From Octopus vulgaris (taxonomy: Eukaryota), in the NCBI GenBank assembly GCA_951406725.2, contig OX597826.1:55180001-55244000 (forward strand): a DNA stretch of 64,000 nt, given 5' to 3'. Position numbers and translations under genes: made by a program. The first letter of the stretch is position 1. Each line of letters starts with the position of its first letter. Below, piece after piece: positions 28,124 through 42,410 of the stretch. The notes under the pieces were generated by a model that was not told the DNA's origin, ran no database searches, and saw only the letters and a program-made list of their open reading frames with translations.

Positions 28124-28973
28124 TTGTGTGCGCATGTGTATGTCTATGTATACATGAATATATAATTATGTGTGTGTATTATGTATATTCGTCAGTGTTT
28201 ATACATATATATATATATATATACAGAATGTATATTTATTTTCAAATATGTGTATACAAAGATTGTGTGTGTGTGTGTTTCTATGTGTCTATGTGTGCGC
28301 GTGTGTGCATGTGTGAGTGAGTGTCTGTGCGTGTGTGAGTGTGTGTATGTGTGTCAGTGTGTGTGTGAAAGCATGTGTGTGCCTACCTGTGTCAGCGTGT
28401 GTGTATATACAGTTGGACTATATGTATATATATATATATGCACCCACATTGCATTTGCGTAACTCTAAATCGTAAATCGAAACACAAACCCCAAACAGAA
28501 ACCAATGAGCACACACATACACACACACGCACACACACACACACATCATGTTACATATACACACAAAACTAAAAGAAACACCCATCCCCGACCATCACCA
28601 CCACTTCGTATGTATAAACGTTCATACGCGAATTGTTCTCTTCATAAGATTTCTGCAATCTGTTGTTGCTGCGGTTTGGTCACTTAAGCAGCTGGAAAAC
28701 GGCAAGTGTTAGAAACAATAACACTTGTAAATATTCCAATGTGTTATCAGCCATGCCTGTACCTTTGTATATATTCATAACATCGAACTTAGAGATATAT
28801 TGAAATTCAACACACGACGTACACGTATACACAGACAGACCCAAGCGCGTATGTACGCACACACACACACACACACACACATGCAAACACATACACATAT
28901 ATTATAAACATACTGTATATGTATGTGTATATAAATATATACAGGCATAGATGTATACATGCATTCGCATTTC

Positions 28974-29051
<78 letters not shown>

Positions 29052-29084
29052 GTATTTATCTATATATCTATCTATCTATATATC

Positions 29085-29115
<31 letters not shown>

Positions 29116-29258
29116 TTATCTAGCTATCAATCAATCTATCTTATCTAACTTTACACTGTTACCTTACTGCATGTATACACACACACTCACAAACACACAC
29201 AGATATATGCACACCTTGAGTATATAGATAGATATGTGTACATAACAGACGTGTGAAC

Positions 29259-29375
<117 letters not shown>

Positions 29376-30097
29376 CAGGCATACATGCACACATATGAGA
29401 AAACATGAGCTAAAGCGCTAGAACATACGTAGATAAACAGATAGATATATGCAAGGAAAGAGACAGAGAGGGGGAGAAAGAGAGAGAGAAAGAGAAAGAG
29501 TAGGGCTGACATTTTCACATGCAAATACCAAATATACACGCAGTAGTGGACACACACACACACACACACACATATTCACACAATAAAAGGCCTATACACA
29601 CCCGCAAAATCACCATGAAAGCAACCATAAACTCGCCCGCGCGCACACACACACACACACACGCACACACACACGCATACACACACAACTGTGTGAAAGG
29701 AAATCGTCATACACCCCATACAATGTTATACATGCTGTTTTGTAACGTTTATACATTCGTTGTGAATGTATTAAACGTGAAAATTTCAACAAGAGCAATA
29801 TCTGTAGTGAAGCATGAAACATTTTCTCTTCAACCAAAACGCCAAGACCCAACCCCACCACGCCTGACTGAATGCTCAGTGCATACAAATGCCTTGTCCA
29901 AACCTTAATTTGGATACGTTTTGCTCTGTGTATTTGTTTTAGTTTTTCCTTTCTTTGTTTTTTTTTTCGTGGGGGTGATTTTTTTTCTTGATTTTTTTTA
30001 TTCAAAAAGCTAAGTCACAAAAAGAAATCGGTATTGAGAGAGAATGCACAACACAGATTAAAAAGAGAGAAAATATTAGCAACAAAAGAAACAAATG

Positions 30098-30153
<56 letters not shown>

Positions 30154-30268
30154 CATACATACAATATATATATATACATACGCACACATACATACACATA
30201 CATATATTATATCATAGATATACATATACATATGTATCTCATGTATAAAATATATTACATATATAAAG

Positions 30269-30312
<44 letters not shown>

Positions 30313-30345
30313 TATATACAAACACATATATATATATGCATGTAC

Positions 30346-30393
<48 letters not shown>

Positions 30394-31991
30394 GCATACA
30401 TACACTCATATATATACATATATGTGTGTTTGTGTGTATGTGTATAAAGATAGACGGCAGGAAGAAAGTCAAAGGCAAGAATTTTGCAAAAATATAACCG
30501 AAAAAAAAAAAACAACGAATGTTCTCCTCTCGGAAATCATGAAGCCCTGTAGAATCTATTGTAGATACCAAGTGTGTTAATTCAAATTGATGTTTCGTCT
30601 TTGACGGTTTTATCTTTTTTTTTAATTTTTATTTTGTTCTTTGTTATTGTTGACAGACATTATTCCGGTAATCAATAAAAAAAGAACAAGAGTGAATGAA
30701 AAAAAATGGAAAAATCCTTTAAAAAATACTCAAAACAAAGCCATGCTACTTGTCCACTCCTTACCACTAATTCACTTGCACTACAAATGTTACAAACGTG
30801 TTAAGAATGTCATCGACTAACGAGTTACCATTCTATATAAACATTGGCTACATATTATTTCAGTGACAGATAGTTCCTCGCCCCTTTCAACGCCGCCGAT
30901 TCCAACTTTGTTTTGTTCTTATAATATTTGTTTGTTTGTTTGTTCTCTTGATTAGTCTTGTTAGTAGTTACTGTCGACTGTTTTTTTTTTTACTATTTGT
31001 TGTTGCTGTTCTTGTTGTTGGCGCTGTAGTTTGATGTTTGGTGGTGTTAGTGTTGTTGGTGTTGTTTGTTGTTTGTTGTTTACTTTTTGCTTCTATCTAA
31101 GTATAAAATCGCAGTCCTCTTCAAACGATTTATTTGACCATCGGACCAATTAAATCCCGGTCTACCTCCAGCCATTGCATCTCATCTCATCCAACCAGGC
31201 AAACAACCAGCCACTAACCAATCGACCGACCGACCGACAGACCGACAGACGAACCAACGAACTGGCCAATTTATGACTAACTAATATACCAAAACACTTT
31301 CTCCTTTTTTCCTTTCCCAATTTCGTTTCTCTTCCTTACAATCACTCCACCAACGAAACCCCTAGATCACAACATGCAAACTAACCAACATTCTACATTT
31401 TGGGAGGAAACAACCAACCACTCTACTAAAACATAATAAGCAATGGAAAATGTGAACGCTAACCTAATCAATCGTACTTCTAGCCTTTCAGACTGATTGA
31501 TAGATCTAAACTAATAAATCGAACGTCCTCGCTGTTCACTCCACTAAGTGAGAAGAGAGAAACCTTTACTTTCATCAGAGCAATGTTACGATACAGAACA
31601 CACTTTGGTATGACTCAGTCAACCAACACAGCACCTACGTGATCAAACACTCACCTCTCCCCTCAGCATACTCCCACACACCTGGATTATGAACATAACC
31701 ATTCCCATAATTTCCAGACAAACGTAAAAAGGTGCGTATGCCTTCCTCCACTAATCAAAGATACATACATACGTACGTATGTATGTAAGTACGTACATAT
31801 GTATGTATTATGTAGGTAGGTATTTATGTATGTATAGCAGTCAAATTAATAAGAACATGAAGCCCCAAACATTGAGCTGAAGATCTACATGATTACATGT
31901 GTCATCGATACCGATCTTTATCTCAGTTTTTCTCCTTCTCTGTCGATCTACCTATCTATCTACCTATCTGTCTCTCTCCTTCTCTATCTCT

Positions 31992-32058
<67 letters not shown>

Positions 32059-32083
32059 CATACATTTGTGTGTGTAATTGTTT

Positions 32084-32129
<46 letters not shown>

Positions 32130-32179
32130 GCATACATACCTACATACGTAACGTAACTACATGCAATCATACATACATA

Positions 32180-32385
32180 TGTGTGTGTTCACCGTGCTTG
32201 ACCGCTAAGTGTACTGGTTTTTCTTTCATTCTCTCTCGGTTTATTTTCTCTTATACCTTTCTGCTGAAGAGCGTATGCTCGAAATGAAAAGGACTTTTTC
32301 AGTTTCCCTACCGTGAAACTAATACACCTCCTTGTTGTTCATACAGCTGTCTTCGTATTTTGTTTTTCTATAAATTACAACAATA
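32180..32385 (+). mobile_element. Short interspersed element with degenerate minimal hammerhead (second copy 52925-53125, minus)
   Basis: cttt-CTGCTGA-A-gagc gtat gctc-GAAA-tg-aaaag at ~32257-32292; the surrounding sequence matches the reverse complement of 52925-53125. Confidence 0.55.
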
Positions 32386-32432
32386 TGTATATGTACATAC
32401 ATATATATATAAATACATACACATATACAGAT

Positions 32433-32480
<48 letters not shown>

Positions 32481-32499
32481 GTATATATTCTCTTATTCT

Positions 32500-32803
<304 letters not shown>

Positions 32804-32825
32804 AGATAGAAAAATTGAATATGTG

Positions 32826-33225
32826 AATGGTGGCAATGTGGTAGGAAGTTTGCCTGTCAAACATGTTTCAGTCCCACTGCGTGGCACCTTGGGCAAGTGT
32901 CTTCTGCGATAACCTCGGACCGACCAAAGCTATGTGAGTGGATTTGGTAACGGAAACTGAAAGAGCCCGTTTGATATATATATATCTATATGTATGTATT
33001 TGATAATTGCGTCTGTGTTTGTCCCTCCAACAATGTTTGACAACCTATGTTGGTGTGTTTACGTCCTCGTAAGCTAGAGGTTCGGCAAAAAGAGTCCGAT
33101 AGAATAAGTACTACAAATAGACTTACAAAGAATACGTTCTGGGGTTGATTCGCTGGACTAAAGGCGGTGCTCAAGCATGGCCGCAGTCAAATGCCTAGAA
33201 CAAGTAAATGTAAAAGTATAAAAGA
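32826..33225 (+). mobile_element. SINE family C, near full length
   Basis: Head tcagtcccactgcgtggcaccttgggcaagtgtcttct; tail ggttcggcaaaaagagtccgatagaataagtact...gcatggccgcagtcaaatg. Confidence 0.85.
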
Positions 33226-33307
33226 ATACCGATCTCTCTACATAACTTTCTAACCTTTTTCTTTATCTCTCTCTCTCTATCTATCTCTCCCTCTCTCTCT
33301 CTCTCCC

Positions 33308-33359
<52 letters not shown>

Positions 33360-33673
33360 TGCAAAGGCAGATGAGACGAATTCGTCATGTGTATATTTTA
33401 ATGTTTTGACTGTTATTTCTAGCAATCTTTTGACATGCCAATGCCAATACCTCCGCCCCCGACGATGAAAGAGCCAGCGTACGCGCTGTTTTCTGATTGG
33501 CTGAAAATTCTGAAAATTATCATACTTTGAGCACCTGTAACATTTTTTCAAAACTTTTCTGGGATAAATGAATAACAAATTCGGATTCAGTGACAAAAAT
33601 TACATCTATATGATACATTAAAAAAATGTTTAACGATAATTGTTAACAGTGACGAAAATCATAAATATCCTGT

Positions 33674-33823
<150 letters not shown>

Positions 33824-35319
33824 GTCTGTCTGTTTGTCTGTCTGTCTGCCTGTCTGTCTGTCTAGCTCGCTGGCTAACTATATACATATATATATGTATA
33901 TATGTGTGTGTCTATGAGTGTGTGTCTGTGTGAGTATGCGTTTGTATTCGTTCATGCGTGGGTGTAGGTGAGTGTATTTATCCTTCGCCACTGCTTTGCA
34001 ACCAATGTCCCATGATGGTTTGTTTATACCCCTGTAAACAAGCGACTCGGTGAAAAAGCCGATAAAATATCTATTAGACTTTAATATAAGCACTGGGTCG
34101 ATTTGTTCGATTAGCTCTCTTCAACTCGGTATCCCAGCATGGCCATATCCGCTGTCCAATGACTGTAAAAAGCACAAGTTGTATGCCTTTTCAAGAAGGA
34201 TTTACCCCGAGGTAAACAACAGCGAAAGCAACAACAAGAATAACAATAACAAATCACAGAGCTTGTACGTGGTTCTTCAATCGGCTAGAAACAGCAGTTG
34301 ATCTAGTTTTAGGTGCTCTATGTTGAAAACAAATATGGAATTATCAGGACTAGAAAACCTGTCTCAAGTTTAATTATTATACCAACAAACATTATCCTCC
34401 TCCTCCTCCTCCTCCTCCTCCTCCTCCTCTTCTTCTTCTTCTTCTTCTTCTTCTTCTTCTTCTTCTTCCGTCCCCCTACTCTCCTCCCTCCTCCACCTCC
34501 ATCATCTTTATCATCATCATCATCATAATCACCGACATCGTCATCATCAGCATCATCATCATCGTCGTTGTCGTCGTCCTCCTCACCATCATCATCAATA
34601 TCAGCAAGGGTAATAATTTCCTCGACTCCATCATTGCCATCAAGAAACACGAGCATTATCATCATTAACATCAACATCATCACCATCATCATCATGATCA
34701 TCATGATCATCATGATCATCATCATCATCAACATTATTATCATCATCATCATCAACAACAACAACAAACGTACCAATTATTCAGTCAGCCACCCATTGTG
34801 CCTATCCAACCATGCCATAAAGCAAAACAAGCAAGTAGCCAATAAATATGGCTACCGGACTAAACGACAAACTGACCGATCAACCGATCAACCGAACAAC
34901 GAATCAACCAATCAATCACTCAATCAGTCAACCAACAAGCCGATCGAACGCTCGATCGACGACCGTCCAGTCCACCAACTGACCAACCCATCGACCCGTC
35001 GACCCATTGATTCATTGAATGACAAACCCACCGTTTTGAGCTAGATAATTTATTTATTTCAAAATCCTTCAACGCTACCGACCGACTTTGTCTAGTTTTA
35101 ATCGATATTAAAACCACTTGTGTTTTCCAATATTTAACCGAAATGTTCTTATCTGACATTGCTTTAAAATTTAAGAAATCCTGAGATCAGTGAGAAGACG
35201 TATTGCTCAGTGAACGGATCTCACTTGGCATCGTATGAGCCAATTTTATTAGCGTCTTTCCTTATCTCTAAGAATCTATTTTTCATGTGAAATGCTTTGA
35301 CACGTTAGGGTATCAAACG

Positions 35320-36130
35320 AAACGCTTAGCGGTATTTCGCCCGTCACTACGTTCTGAGTTCAAATTCTGCCGATATCGACTTTGCCTTTCATCATTTCGG
35401 GGTCGATAAATTAAGTATACTGGGGTCGATCTAATCGACTGGCCTCCTCCTCGTTTAACCGAAATGTTCTTATATGACACTGCTTTAAAATTTACTTAAT
35501 CCCTTTGTCGGTCCTTTTTTGTCCCTCTATGTTTAGCCCCTTGTGGTTAATAAAGAAGTAAGAAACAATTATTGTTGTTACTACTATGTACACGAAAATG
35601 ACGAGTTGGCAGATTCGTTAGCACGCCGGGAAAATGCTTTACGTTCTGAGTTCAAATTGAGCCGGGGTCGACTTTGCGGGGTTAACTTTGCTTTTCATTC
35701 ATTTTGTGATCGATAAAATAAGTCCCAGTTTAGCACTGGGGATCGATGTAACTAACTCAGCCCCTGCCCTCGAAATTGCTGGCTTTGTGCCAACATTTTA
35801 AACCCTTATTACTGTGTATACGAAGGTGGCGAGCCGGCCGAATCGTTAGCGCGTCTGACGAAATGCTTAGCGGTACTTCCTCCGGCAGCGAAGTGGCAGA
35901 AACGTTAGCACGCCGGGCGAAATGCGTAACGGTATTTCGTCTGTCGTTACGTTGTGAGTTCAAATTCCGCCGAGGTCGACTTTGCCTTTCATCCTTTCGG
36001 GGTCGATAAATTAAGTACCAGTTAGGCACTGGGGTCGATGTAATCCACTTAATACCTATATCTGTCCTTGTTTGTCCCCTCTGTGTTTAGCCCCTTGTGG
36101 GTAATAAAGAAATAGAAATAGGTATTTCTT
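35320..36130 (+). mobile_element. Tandem/nested cluster of four SINE family B copies
   Basis: Copies at ~35320-35560, ~35600-35800, 35824-35885 (head only) and 35885-36128 (complete and well conserved). Confidence 0.85.
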
Positions 36131-36271
36131 TCCTGATTAACTAAAATCCTGCCACGGTCAAATATAAGTTGGTATCTAACTTACCTCATGTTATTAGCTA
36201 TGCTTAGTTTCGATGATTTCAGAAAATATTTATTGATGTCTGATGGTATATAAGACATTCTCTTTATTCTA

Positions 36272-36845
36272 TTTATTACCCTGCGCAAGCAAGGAAAGCA
36301 GGGTATTGTAGTCGCTCGATTTTGTCTGTTTATCTGTGTGTTTTCAAAATTACTGGAAAACGACTGAACGAATTTTCACCAAATTTGACAGAAATATTCA
36401 TTGAGTGAGTGGCCCAAACTCATTATTATGTTTTGATTATCTTGAAAACTAGTGGACGGGTGAATTAAAATGGGTTTTTTTTCTTTCTTTACATATGCAT
36501 AAACGATAAAAGGGGAAAAAATCTCTCGATGTCATTTCGCTCAAATATTCGTCTGAGAATGTACTTATTAAATCAAATTTTATTTTAATACACTCCTGTA
36601 TTTAAGAGATGAGGAATTATGTACATTATTTACATTAATTACATTATCATTCAAGAACCCAGATTTGAAATTTCCCCCAAGACACCTGAAAAAGGCTGGA
36701 GGGTATATCAGCCGAAACGTTGTGTTAACAACAAACAATATATGGACGAATATCCGTCGAATGCAAATAATGTAAAGAATGTAAATGTTATTTTATACTT
36801 GTGTCCGCACAGGGAGTGCATCGCCCTTCCGATGCCATTGTTTTT
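36272..36845 (+). mobile_element. Helentron-associated (DINE-1/HINE-like) non-autonomous element
   Basis: 5' inverted repeat taccctgc/gcagggta (36277-36305), short ctgt-type tract, accaaattt motif, 3' subTIR gcacaggg (36807-36814) near-complementary to ccctgcgc, terminal hairpin gcatcg/cgatgc (36818-36835), T-rich flanks. Confidence 0.65.
36681..36726 (+). ncRNA. Minimal Penelope-type hammerhead motif with mutated core
   Basis: Stem I gacac/gtgtt; core CTGAAAA (G8 lost) plus extra A; stem II ggctg/cagcc; GAAA; palindromic ACGT; within a ~220-bp insert (~36575-36790). Confidence 0.6.
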
Positions 36846-36889
36846 CATTAATGTTTGTTTTTAATGATTTTAGTTGATTATATCAACCT

Positions 36890-37125
36890 TAGGCACCAGA
36901 GCTATATATTGATTTCAAAATTTGGAGCAACGCTAGCAATTTCGGGGATGGACGTAAGTCAAATACATCGACCCCAGTGCTCAACTGGTACTTATTCTAT
37001 CGTTCCTGAAAGAATGAAAGGAAAAGTCGATAGGTGGAATTTGAATTCAGAACGTAAAGACGAACGAAATGCCGCTAAGCATTTCATCCGGCGTGCTAAC
37101 GATTCTGCTAGCTCACCGCCTTAAC
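36890..37125 (-). mobile_element. SINE family B
   Basis: Reverse complement: ggcggtgagctagcagaatcgttagcacgccggatgaaatgcttagcggcatttcg. Confidence 0.85.
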
Positions 37126-37379
37126 ATATAGCTTTATATTTACCAAACAATAAACTATATCTTCCATGGGGTTGCTTAAATTACTAGAAATAATTGGGAT
37201 ATCTTCCTCAAATCCTACTGCAGATGATTAGAAAAAGATAAGTTGATGACAGTAGTTCTGGCTTCAGTACTCTGTACATAGGTAAAAAACTGGAGAATTG
37301 CAATTGGTAAGTTTTTGATCATTTGCTCATAAGTCTTTTAAATCTAGATTAAACCTAGGGCAAAATGATATCAATAGCT

Positions 37380-37419
37380 GCAGGATTCTCCGGGGGATTG
37401 ATCACCCGGAGAATCCTGC
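37380..37419. other. Perfect 15-bp GC-rich hairpin
   Basis: gcaggattctccggg (37380-37394) / cccggagaatcctgc (37405-37419), 10-nt loop. Confidence 0.85.
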
Positions 37420-38668
37420 TTGGAATCTGAGCCAAAAATATCTCCCTCAAATCAGACCTTAAACATTTTTAAGAAAGACTTGAACAAGGTAGGAAGCTAC
37501 ATACGTGAAGTAAGCGATACTGATGGAACGGTCATAGCTGGAATATATATATATATATATATATACATATATATATACATATTTAGGGTAACAAAAACAA
37601 AAACAATACCTACAATAACAACTGAAGCAATGAACGAACGAATGAACCAACTAACTAACTAACCAATCAAGTAATTATCCAACCTCTGCATAAAGCTAAT
37701 TAAATAATGAACTAATGCGTCATCAAAGAAGCTACAGAGTAACCTCCCTTAGTGGCTCACTCGCCAGTCAGTCCAACGCATCACGTCACACTTATATAAT
37801 TTAACATAATCCAACACAATACGCAAAATAATAAATAAAGAAACAAACACAAAATACCTTTCCTTTGATTTAGACGTTGTTTTTGCTTTTTGTTTTTACT
37901 TATGGTGCAAATAAGTGTTTATTTTTCACTGCCATCTACAATCATCGTGTACGTTCCCTCACTTTCCACCTACCTCATTACTTCTCCATATTCCACCGCT
38001 TTCCTCCCTCATTCGTTGCCACCACCGCCCCCTTTCTCTATCTTCGCTCAGTCTCTTTTACATTAAAGGATGACGTGAGGTGGGGGGAGTGGGTGGGCTT
38101 CTGTCTTCAAATACAAACGATATCTGTATGAAGCAGAATATTATCCATTCATTGCTCATTTTCGGTGGTGTTGGGCTTTATGATTTATCAAAGCTATTCC
38201 TTCTCTCTATCTAGATTTATTTTATGTTTATATTTCAATATGAAAGAGAATGCCACAACACGCACGCACGCACGAACACACGCACGCACGCACATGCGCA
38301 CACACATACACTGATGCGCAAACGCGGACGCACGCACGCACGCACGCACATACACGCATGCCAGAACCGTACACACATATTCGTATTTATCTATATGATG
38401 TGCGATGCTGGTGTGGATATATATATATATATAGTTTATGTATTTATGAATTCAACATCTAAAAACTAAACACACACACATACACACATGCGCGCACACG
38501 CATTTATGTGTGTGTGTGTGTGTGTGTGTGTGTCTGCAAATGCATGATATGTGAGTGTGTGCGTTTAAGTCGAATCGTAATGTAATGTGATTCCTTTCTC
38601 TGCATTAAAAAAAAATCCAGAAAATAAATCGAAAAAAATAGCAATAATAATTTTTCCATTTGAATTCT

Positions 38669-38767
<99 letters not shown>

Positions 38768-39123
38768 GTTATTATTTTATTTTATTTAATATTTATTCAG
38801 ACTCTCATTGTCACTCTTCCTCTCCTTCTCTTACTTTCTTTCTCTTTCTTCCTCTTTTGCACTTCCTTTCTTTCTCACTTCCTTTTTCGGTCTTGTACAA
38901 AATACAAAATAGTAGACATTAACCACACAGTTGTCATTTTATAACAATGGTTTTTTTCATATATTTATTATATTTTTGTTTAGTGCCTTTTTCCTTTTAT
39001 AATATAACAAATATTGTGATATACATACAAGAGAGTACAATAGAATCGAGTTGAATATAAACACATACATACGCATATTTATCCGTATACGCATACATAT
39101 ATACATACATACATATATATATA

Positions 39124-39176
<53 letters not shown>

Positions 39177-39179
39177 ACA

Positions 39180-39227
<48 letters not shown>

Positions 39228-39907
39228 CTCATACATATATGTATACATATATATATAAATATATATATATATATACACGTATATATATACATATATATAT
39301 ATATATACATGTATATATATATATACGTATATATGTATGTATATGCATACATATACATGTGTGTGAAGATACAAATACATAGAAATGTTGAATATAAATG
39401 AAAAAACCAAAACCAATTTTCAATAGAAAAAAGTATTTCATGGATCTTTTCGAATATTTTGGTTTATACGGAAAATATAATGGCGAATATAATTTCTTTT
39501 TTATTTTGGTGTTTGTGTGTTTGTGTGTTTGAGTGTAACGTGTATATGTTGTGTGTTGCTTAAATATATATGTACTCATGTATATCTTTTAAGTCTGTAT
39601 GTGCGGCCGTGTGTGTGTGTGTGTGTGTGAGACTGTGTATATGAACGTGTTATTCCATCCGATTCAATTCTATAGTCCATATTTGGAGGACAATTTTAAA
39701 ATAAAAAAACACAACGTGCCAGTCTTTTTTTTTTTACAATATATTTTGTATATATTTGTGAATCTTATATGTACAAAGAATCTTTATATTAACGTGTATA
39801 TGTGTGTGTGTGTATTTCCTCGTGTATGCATATGTAGATATACGTATTTATATCTGCCTGTCTATCTGCCTGCCTGCCCGTCTATCTTTCTCTCTCTCTC
39901 CATCTAT

Positions 39908-39967
<60 letters not shown>

Positions 39968-40101
39968 ATTTCTGTCTATTTATCTCTCTGTATATGTAAA
40001 CACACACACATGTGTACATACATACCCACACATACACACACATTCGTACAGATTCACACTCACTCTCGCAGTATACATACATACATACAAACATACATAT
40101 G

Positions 40102-40197
<96 letters not shown>

Positions 40198-41048
40198 TAT
40201 ATATATACATATATAAATATAGGCATATGTGCATATGTGAAAACATATGTGCTTCAGATGTATTTTCTTAAAGGCGTGCACATGTGAGTATATGTGTATA
40301 TAAATGTTTGTTTGATCTAGAATGTTCATTTTTTTTTCAACATACGTTTTGCATTTCTTACATATATACTTTATGTTCTTCAAGAACAGTTTATAAAATT
40401 TATCTCAATCTCTACAACAACAAAAGGGGGCTTTAGTATAATTTACACAGCTACGGTATATATATAACACCCTCAACAGCTATATATTATGACTTTCTTA
40501 TTTCAAACGAAGAACACTTTGAGAATGGGAAACGCAAACAGTCTAAACCACTCGGCATAAAGAAAATATGTTTTTAAGATTTTTTTTTTTCAAATGAGAC
40601 AAAACTGCTGTTCAGCTACAAGAAGACATGAACGGTAATCACCTTGGATTAATGTTCAAACAATATTTCAAATAAGATTTCAAAGACTCTGTTTTATGGA
40701 ATTTTGACGCATCCTTCATATAGATATATATTTTGAGAGTCAAACGGGAAGAGATTGGTAGACTTGATTCAGTCATTGTACTTCGGAAACGCTGTGGCAT
40801 CACCATGACTGATTTAGTCAAACAAGTCGATCCCAGTATTTAAGTTTAGTTCTGTTGATCCCTTTTGCTGAACCGCTAAGTTACGGGATCTTAAATAAGC
40901 ATATACCGGTTTTGAAGAGGTGGCAAGGGACAGACACAAGCACACACACACACAAACACATACGAGAATACGCACATATGTGTACATACTTCCTTACCTC
41001 CATACCTCCATACATGCACATATACATACATAGATACACACGTACATC

Positions 41049-41099
<51 letters not shown>

Positions 41100-41104
41100 T
41101 TACC

Positions 41105-41235
41105 TGTGGCTGTGTGGCAAGAAGCTTATTTCCCGACCACATGGTTCCGGTTTCAGTGCCATTGCGTGGCACCTTGGGCATGTATCTTCTACTATAGCTA
41201 CGGGCCGACCAAAGCCTTGTGAATAGGTTTGGTAA
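41105..41235 (+). mobile_element. SINE family C head, directly followed by a LINE fragment
   Basis: gtggctgtgtggcaagaagcttatttcccgaccacatggttccggtttcagtgccattgcgtggcaccttgggc. Confidence 0.75.
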
Positions 41236-41236
41236 T

Positions 41237-41690
41237 GCACTCTGTAACTATGATTTTCACACGGATTGTGTAATCGGACATTGTCGGGCGGATATTGTCA
41301 TATTGAATAAGAGAGACAAATACTGTCACATCATTGATGTAGCCAAACCAAATGACATGAATGTTGCGAGTAAAGAGGTTGAAAAAAATCACAAAGTAAT
41401 CCGAATTGAAAGTTGAAATGGCAAGACTATGGAATGCGAGAGGGTAATGTAAAAGTGATACCAGTGGTAATCGGAGCGTTAGACTCAGTCCCACTGAAAC
41501 TTCGAAACTTCTTAAGGCAACTGGAAATCCCATGCAAGATCGATGTCTTACAAAAAGCAGCCTTATTGGGAACAGCGCAGATCTTAAGGAAATTATTACC
41601 CGTCTGAGGTCCTTGATGTAAGTTGACAGATGACTAAAATCTCCGGTGCATTTTTTTTTATCTACACTGTGTTACGAAGGAATAATAATA
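41237..41690 (+). mobile_element. R4/Dong-type RLE LINE 3' fragment (frameshifted)
   Basis: DFHTDCVIGHCRADIVILNKRDKYCHIIDVAKPND...KVIPVVIGALDSVP...LQKAALLGTAQILRKLL*, followed by an aataataat tail. Confidence 0.8.
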
Positions 41691-41774
41691 ATAATGATGA
41701 TGATAATGATGAGGATGATGATGATGATGATAAAAAAATAATAATAATAAATGATAATAATAATAATAATGATA

Positions 41775-41995
41775 ATGTGGAACCTCAAGACTAAAACAAT
41801 ACTTGTCATAGGCGCATTAAAAATGATGGCAAAAAGGACCGATTGATACCTAGCTCAGATACCAGGAAATTCAAAACTGGCAGAAATTCAAAAAAATAGT
41901 GCTCATCTCCTTGCCCATATCCTACGTAAAATACTGTCTATCTAATCTCAAATGTTAAAACAAACTTATAATTTTCTGATGTATTCTTAAACGAA
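41775..41995 (+). mobile_element. Short R4/Dong-type RLE LINE 3' fragment
   Basis: MWNLKTKTILVIGAL...IPGNSKLAEIQK...AHILRKILSI*; preceded by taa repeats. Confidence 0.7.
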
Positions 41996-42016
41996 CCTGC
42001 AATTTCACCGCCTTAA

Positions 42017-42043
42017 TAATGATGATGATGATGAGGATGATGA

Positions 42044-42077
<34 letters not shown>

Positions 42078-42091
42078 GGTGGTGGTGGTGG

Positions 42092-42159
<68 letters not shown>

Positions 42160-42211
42160 CTGATGATGATGATGATGCTGATGATGATGATGATGATGCT
42201 GATGATGATGC

Positions 42212-42258
<47 letters not shown>

Positions 42259-42271
42259 CTGATGATGATGC

Positions 42272-42306
<35 letters not shown>

Positions 42307-42378
42307 CTGCTGCTGAAGATGATGATGAGGATGAGGATGAGGATGAGGATGAGGATGATGATGATGATGATGATGATA
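42017..42378 (+). repeat. (GAT)n/(GGT)n/(GCT) microsatellite
   Basis: Direct reading; source of the poly-Met ORF. Confidence 0.95.
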
Positions 42379-42410
42379 ATAATCCCCTTATGCTATACCA
42401 GATAGTGGCT

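Noticed and set aside
37770-38100. CRE-like (cacgtca, tgacgtga) and TATA-like motifs as a promoter
   Set aside because: Such short motifs are expected by chance and no linked exon was identified.
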